NCBI GenBank assembly: GCA_044220955.1
Contig: JBGAQA010000008.1
Span: 32,001 to 96,000 of the forward strand
DNA length: 64,000 nucleotides
Direction of reading: 5' to 3'
From: Sandaracinaceae bacterium
Lineage (GTDB): Bacteria; Myxococcota_A; Polyangia; Polyangiales; Sandaracinaceae
A model generated the notes under the pieces. The model made no database searches, had not been told where the DNA came from, and was given only the letters and a program-made list of their open reading frames with translations. Below, piece after piece: positions 63,091 through 64,000 of the stretch (within the stretch, counting starts at the first letter, position 1; the number at the start of each line of letters is the position of its first letter). Position numbers and translations under genes: made by a program.

Positions 63091-63447
63091 TCAGCGCGCG
63101 AGCGGAACGAGCTTGCTCCGGAGCATCTTGCGATCGCGGGTCACGAGCGCTGCGCCGTGAACCATGCTCGTGGCTGCGATCAGCTCGTCGGCGGGATCGC
63201 TCCGGAAGTCGAGGCGCGTCGACGCGCGCGCGACCGCGAGATCGATCGGCCACACGTGAACGCTGTGAACGGCGCGTTCGAGGCGTTCGGCGTCGATCGT
63301 GAGGCGACCGAGCTGGCGGAGCTTCTCGATCTCCCAGAGTACGATCGCCGAGATGCTCCACGGCTCGCGAACGAGGAGTCGCTCTTCGGCAGGACGAAGC
63401 TCACCGGCGAGCGCGTGGACGAGGACGTGCGTGTCGAGGTTCAGCAT
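63091..63447 (-). CDS. vapC: PIN-domain toxin (VapC family)
   Basis: LNLDTHV, SAIVLWE, DPADELIAAT, LVTRD. Confidence 0.92.
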   Translation of the reverse strand: MLNLDTHVLVHALAGELRPAEERLLVREPWSISAIVLWEIEKLRQLGRLTIDAERLERAVHSVHVWPIDLAVARASTRLDFRSDPADELIAATSMVHGAALVTRDRKMLRSKLVPLAR

Positions 63448-63652
63448 CCCAGCGGACTCCCGTGGTCATGATGTCGCCGTGAACCGCGACGTGCCCGGCG
63501 AGCGCGCCGATCAAGCTGGCCGGCGCCTGGCGGAAGGGCACGAGACGGGCGACGGGGCGGCCATGCTTCGTGATGACGATGCCGTCGTCGTCGACGTGAT
63601 CGAGCAACGAAAGACACTCGCTCTTGAACTTCGCTGCCCCGATCGTGCGCAT
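63401..63652 (-). CDS. Phd/YefM antitoxin
   Basis: IGAAKFKSECLSLLD...VITKHGRPVARLVP. 47-bp overlap with the toxin. Confidence 0.9.
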   Translation of the reverse strand: MRTIGAAKFKSECLSLLDHVDDDGIVITKHGRPVARLVPFRQAPASLIGALAGHVAVHGDIMTTGVRWDAEPRHARPRPRARR

Positions 63653-63709
63653 GACACAACCTAGCGCGGGCGACGCCGGATGACCAGTAGTGTGGCCACT
63701 CCGCGCTGC

Positions 63710-63951
63710 CCGACACGTGCGACTACCTGCTCGTGTGCGATGCGCTGATCGCCGAGCTCGACGTCACGCGCATCGGCGCGTGCGTGATGGTGCGACTGCC
63801 GATCGCGCCCGACACAGCCACGCGCGAGCCGCCCGCCGCCTACACGAGAGCGGACGCGCTCATTCGAGCGATCCGGCTCGAGACCGTCGACGAGAGCTAC
63901 GTCGGTGAGGCGCGCGGCCTGCCGGCCTGGCTCGAGCGCTTCCACGCGTGA
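63710..63951 (+). pseudogene. Internally deleted copy of the DUF3396-like gene
   Basis: 63710..63735 matches 57904..57929, then joins a ~90%-identical (by eye) copy of ~59144..59357. Confidence 0.88.
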
Positions 63952-64000
63952 CGTGCGTCACCGCCGGGGGCTCGAGCGGGTCTCAGCGCAGCCCCAGCAC

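Noticed and set aside
46100..64000. Classical integron cassette array
   Set aside because: No recurring attC-like RYYYAAC/GTTRRRY spacers, genes are in mixed orientation, and no intI is in the window.

Overview
Very GC-rich bacterial DNA, most likely Myxococcota (Polyangia/Sandaracinus-like). This is inferred from a MYXO-CTERM-like tail, Asp-Ala-Gly/Cys-rich lipoproteins and a CglB-like vWA protein. The window has four zones. (1) 1-5850: the decaying end of an island at the 3' side of tRNA-Phe, with an integrase remnant, an AbiE type IV TA pair whose toxin is frameshifted, a second AbiEi remnant and a SEC-C protein. (2) 6-34 kb: ordinary core/metabolic genes (matrixin operon, yacG, PP2C, DUF2804-kinase-ACAD, sarcosine-oxidase-like operon, E2, xdhAB, desaturase). 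(3) 34-46 kb, the most notable zone: a tightly coupled minus-strand string of DNA methyltransferase, Phd/VapC, PD-(D/E)XK nuclease, recC, recB, recD. The methyltransferase is interrupted by a 409-aa LAGLIDADG intein that also carries a Zn-finger/HTH insert. (4) 46-64 kb: an accessory mosaic of lipoproteins, three more TA modules (CcdAB and two PIN systems), a DUF3396-like immunity gene, duplicated gene 3' ends and several deletion-fused pseudogenes. No CRISPR array or rRNA was seen. Family calls come from motif recognition only, with no database search. Many start codons were re-chosen by eye. Most long ORFs in the supplied track are antisense shadows.
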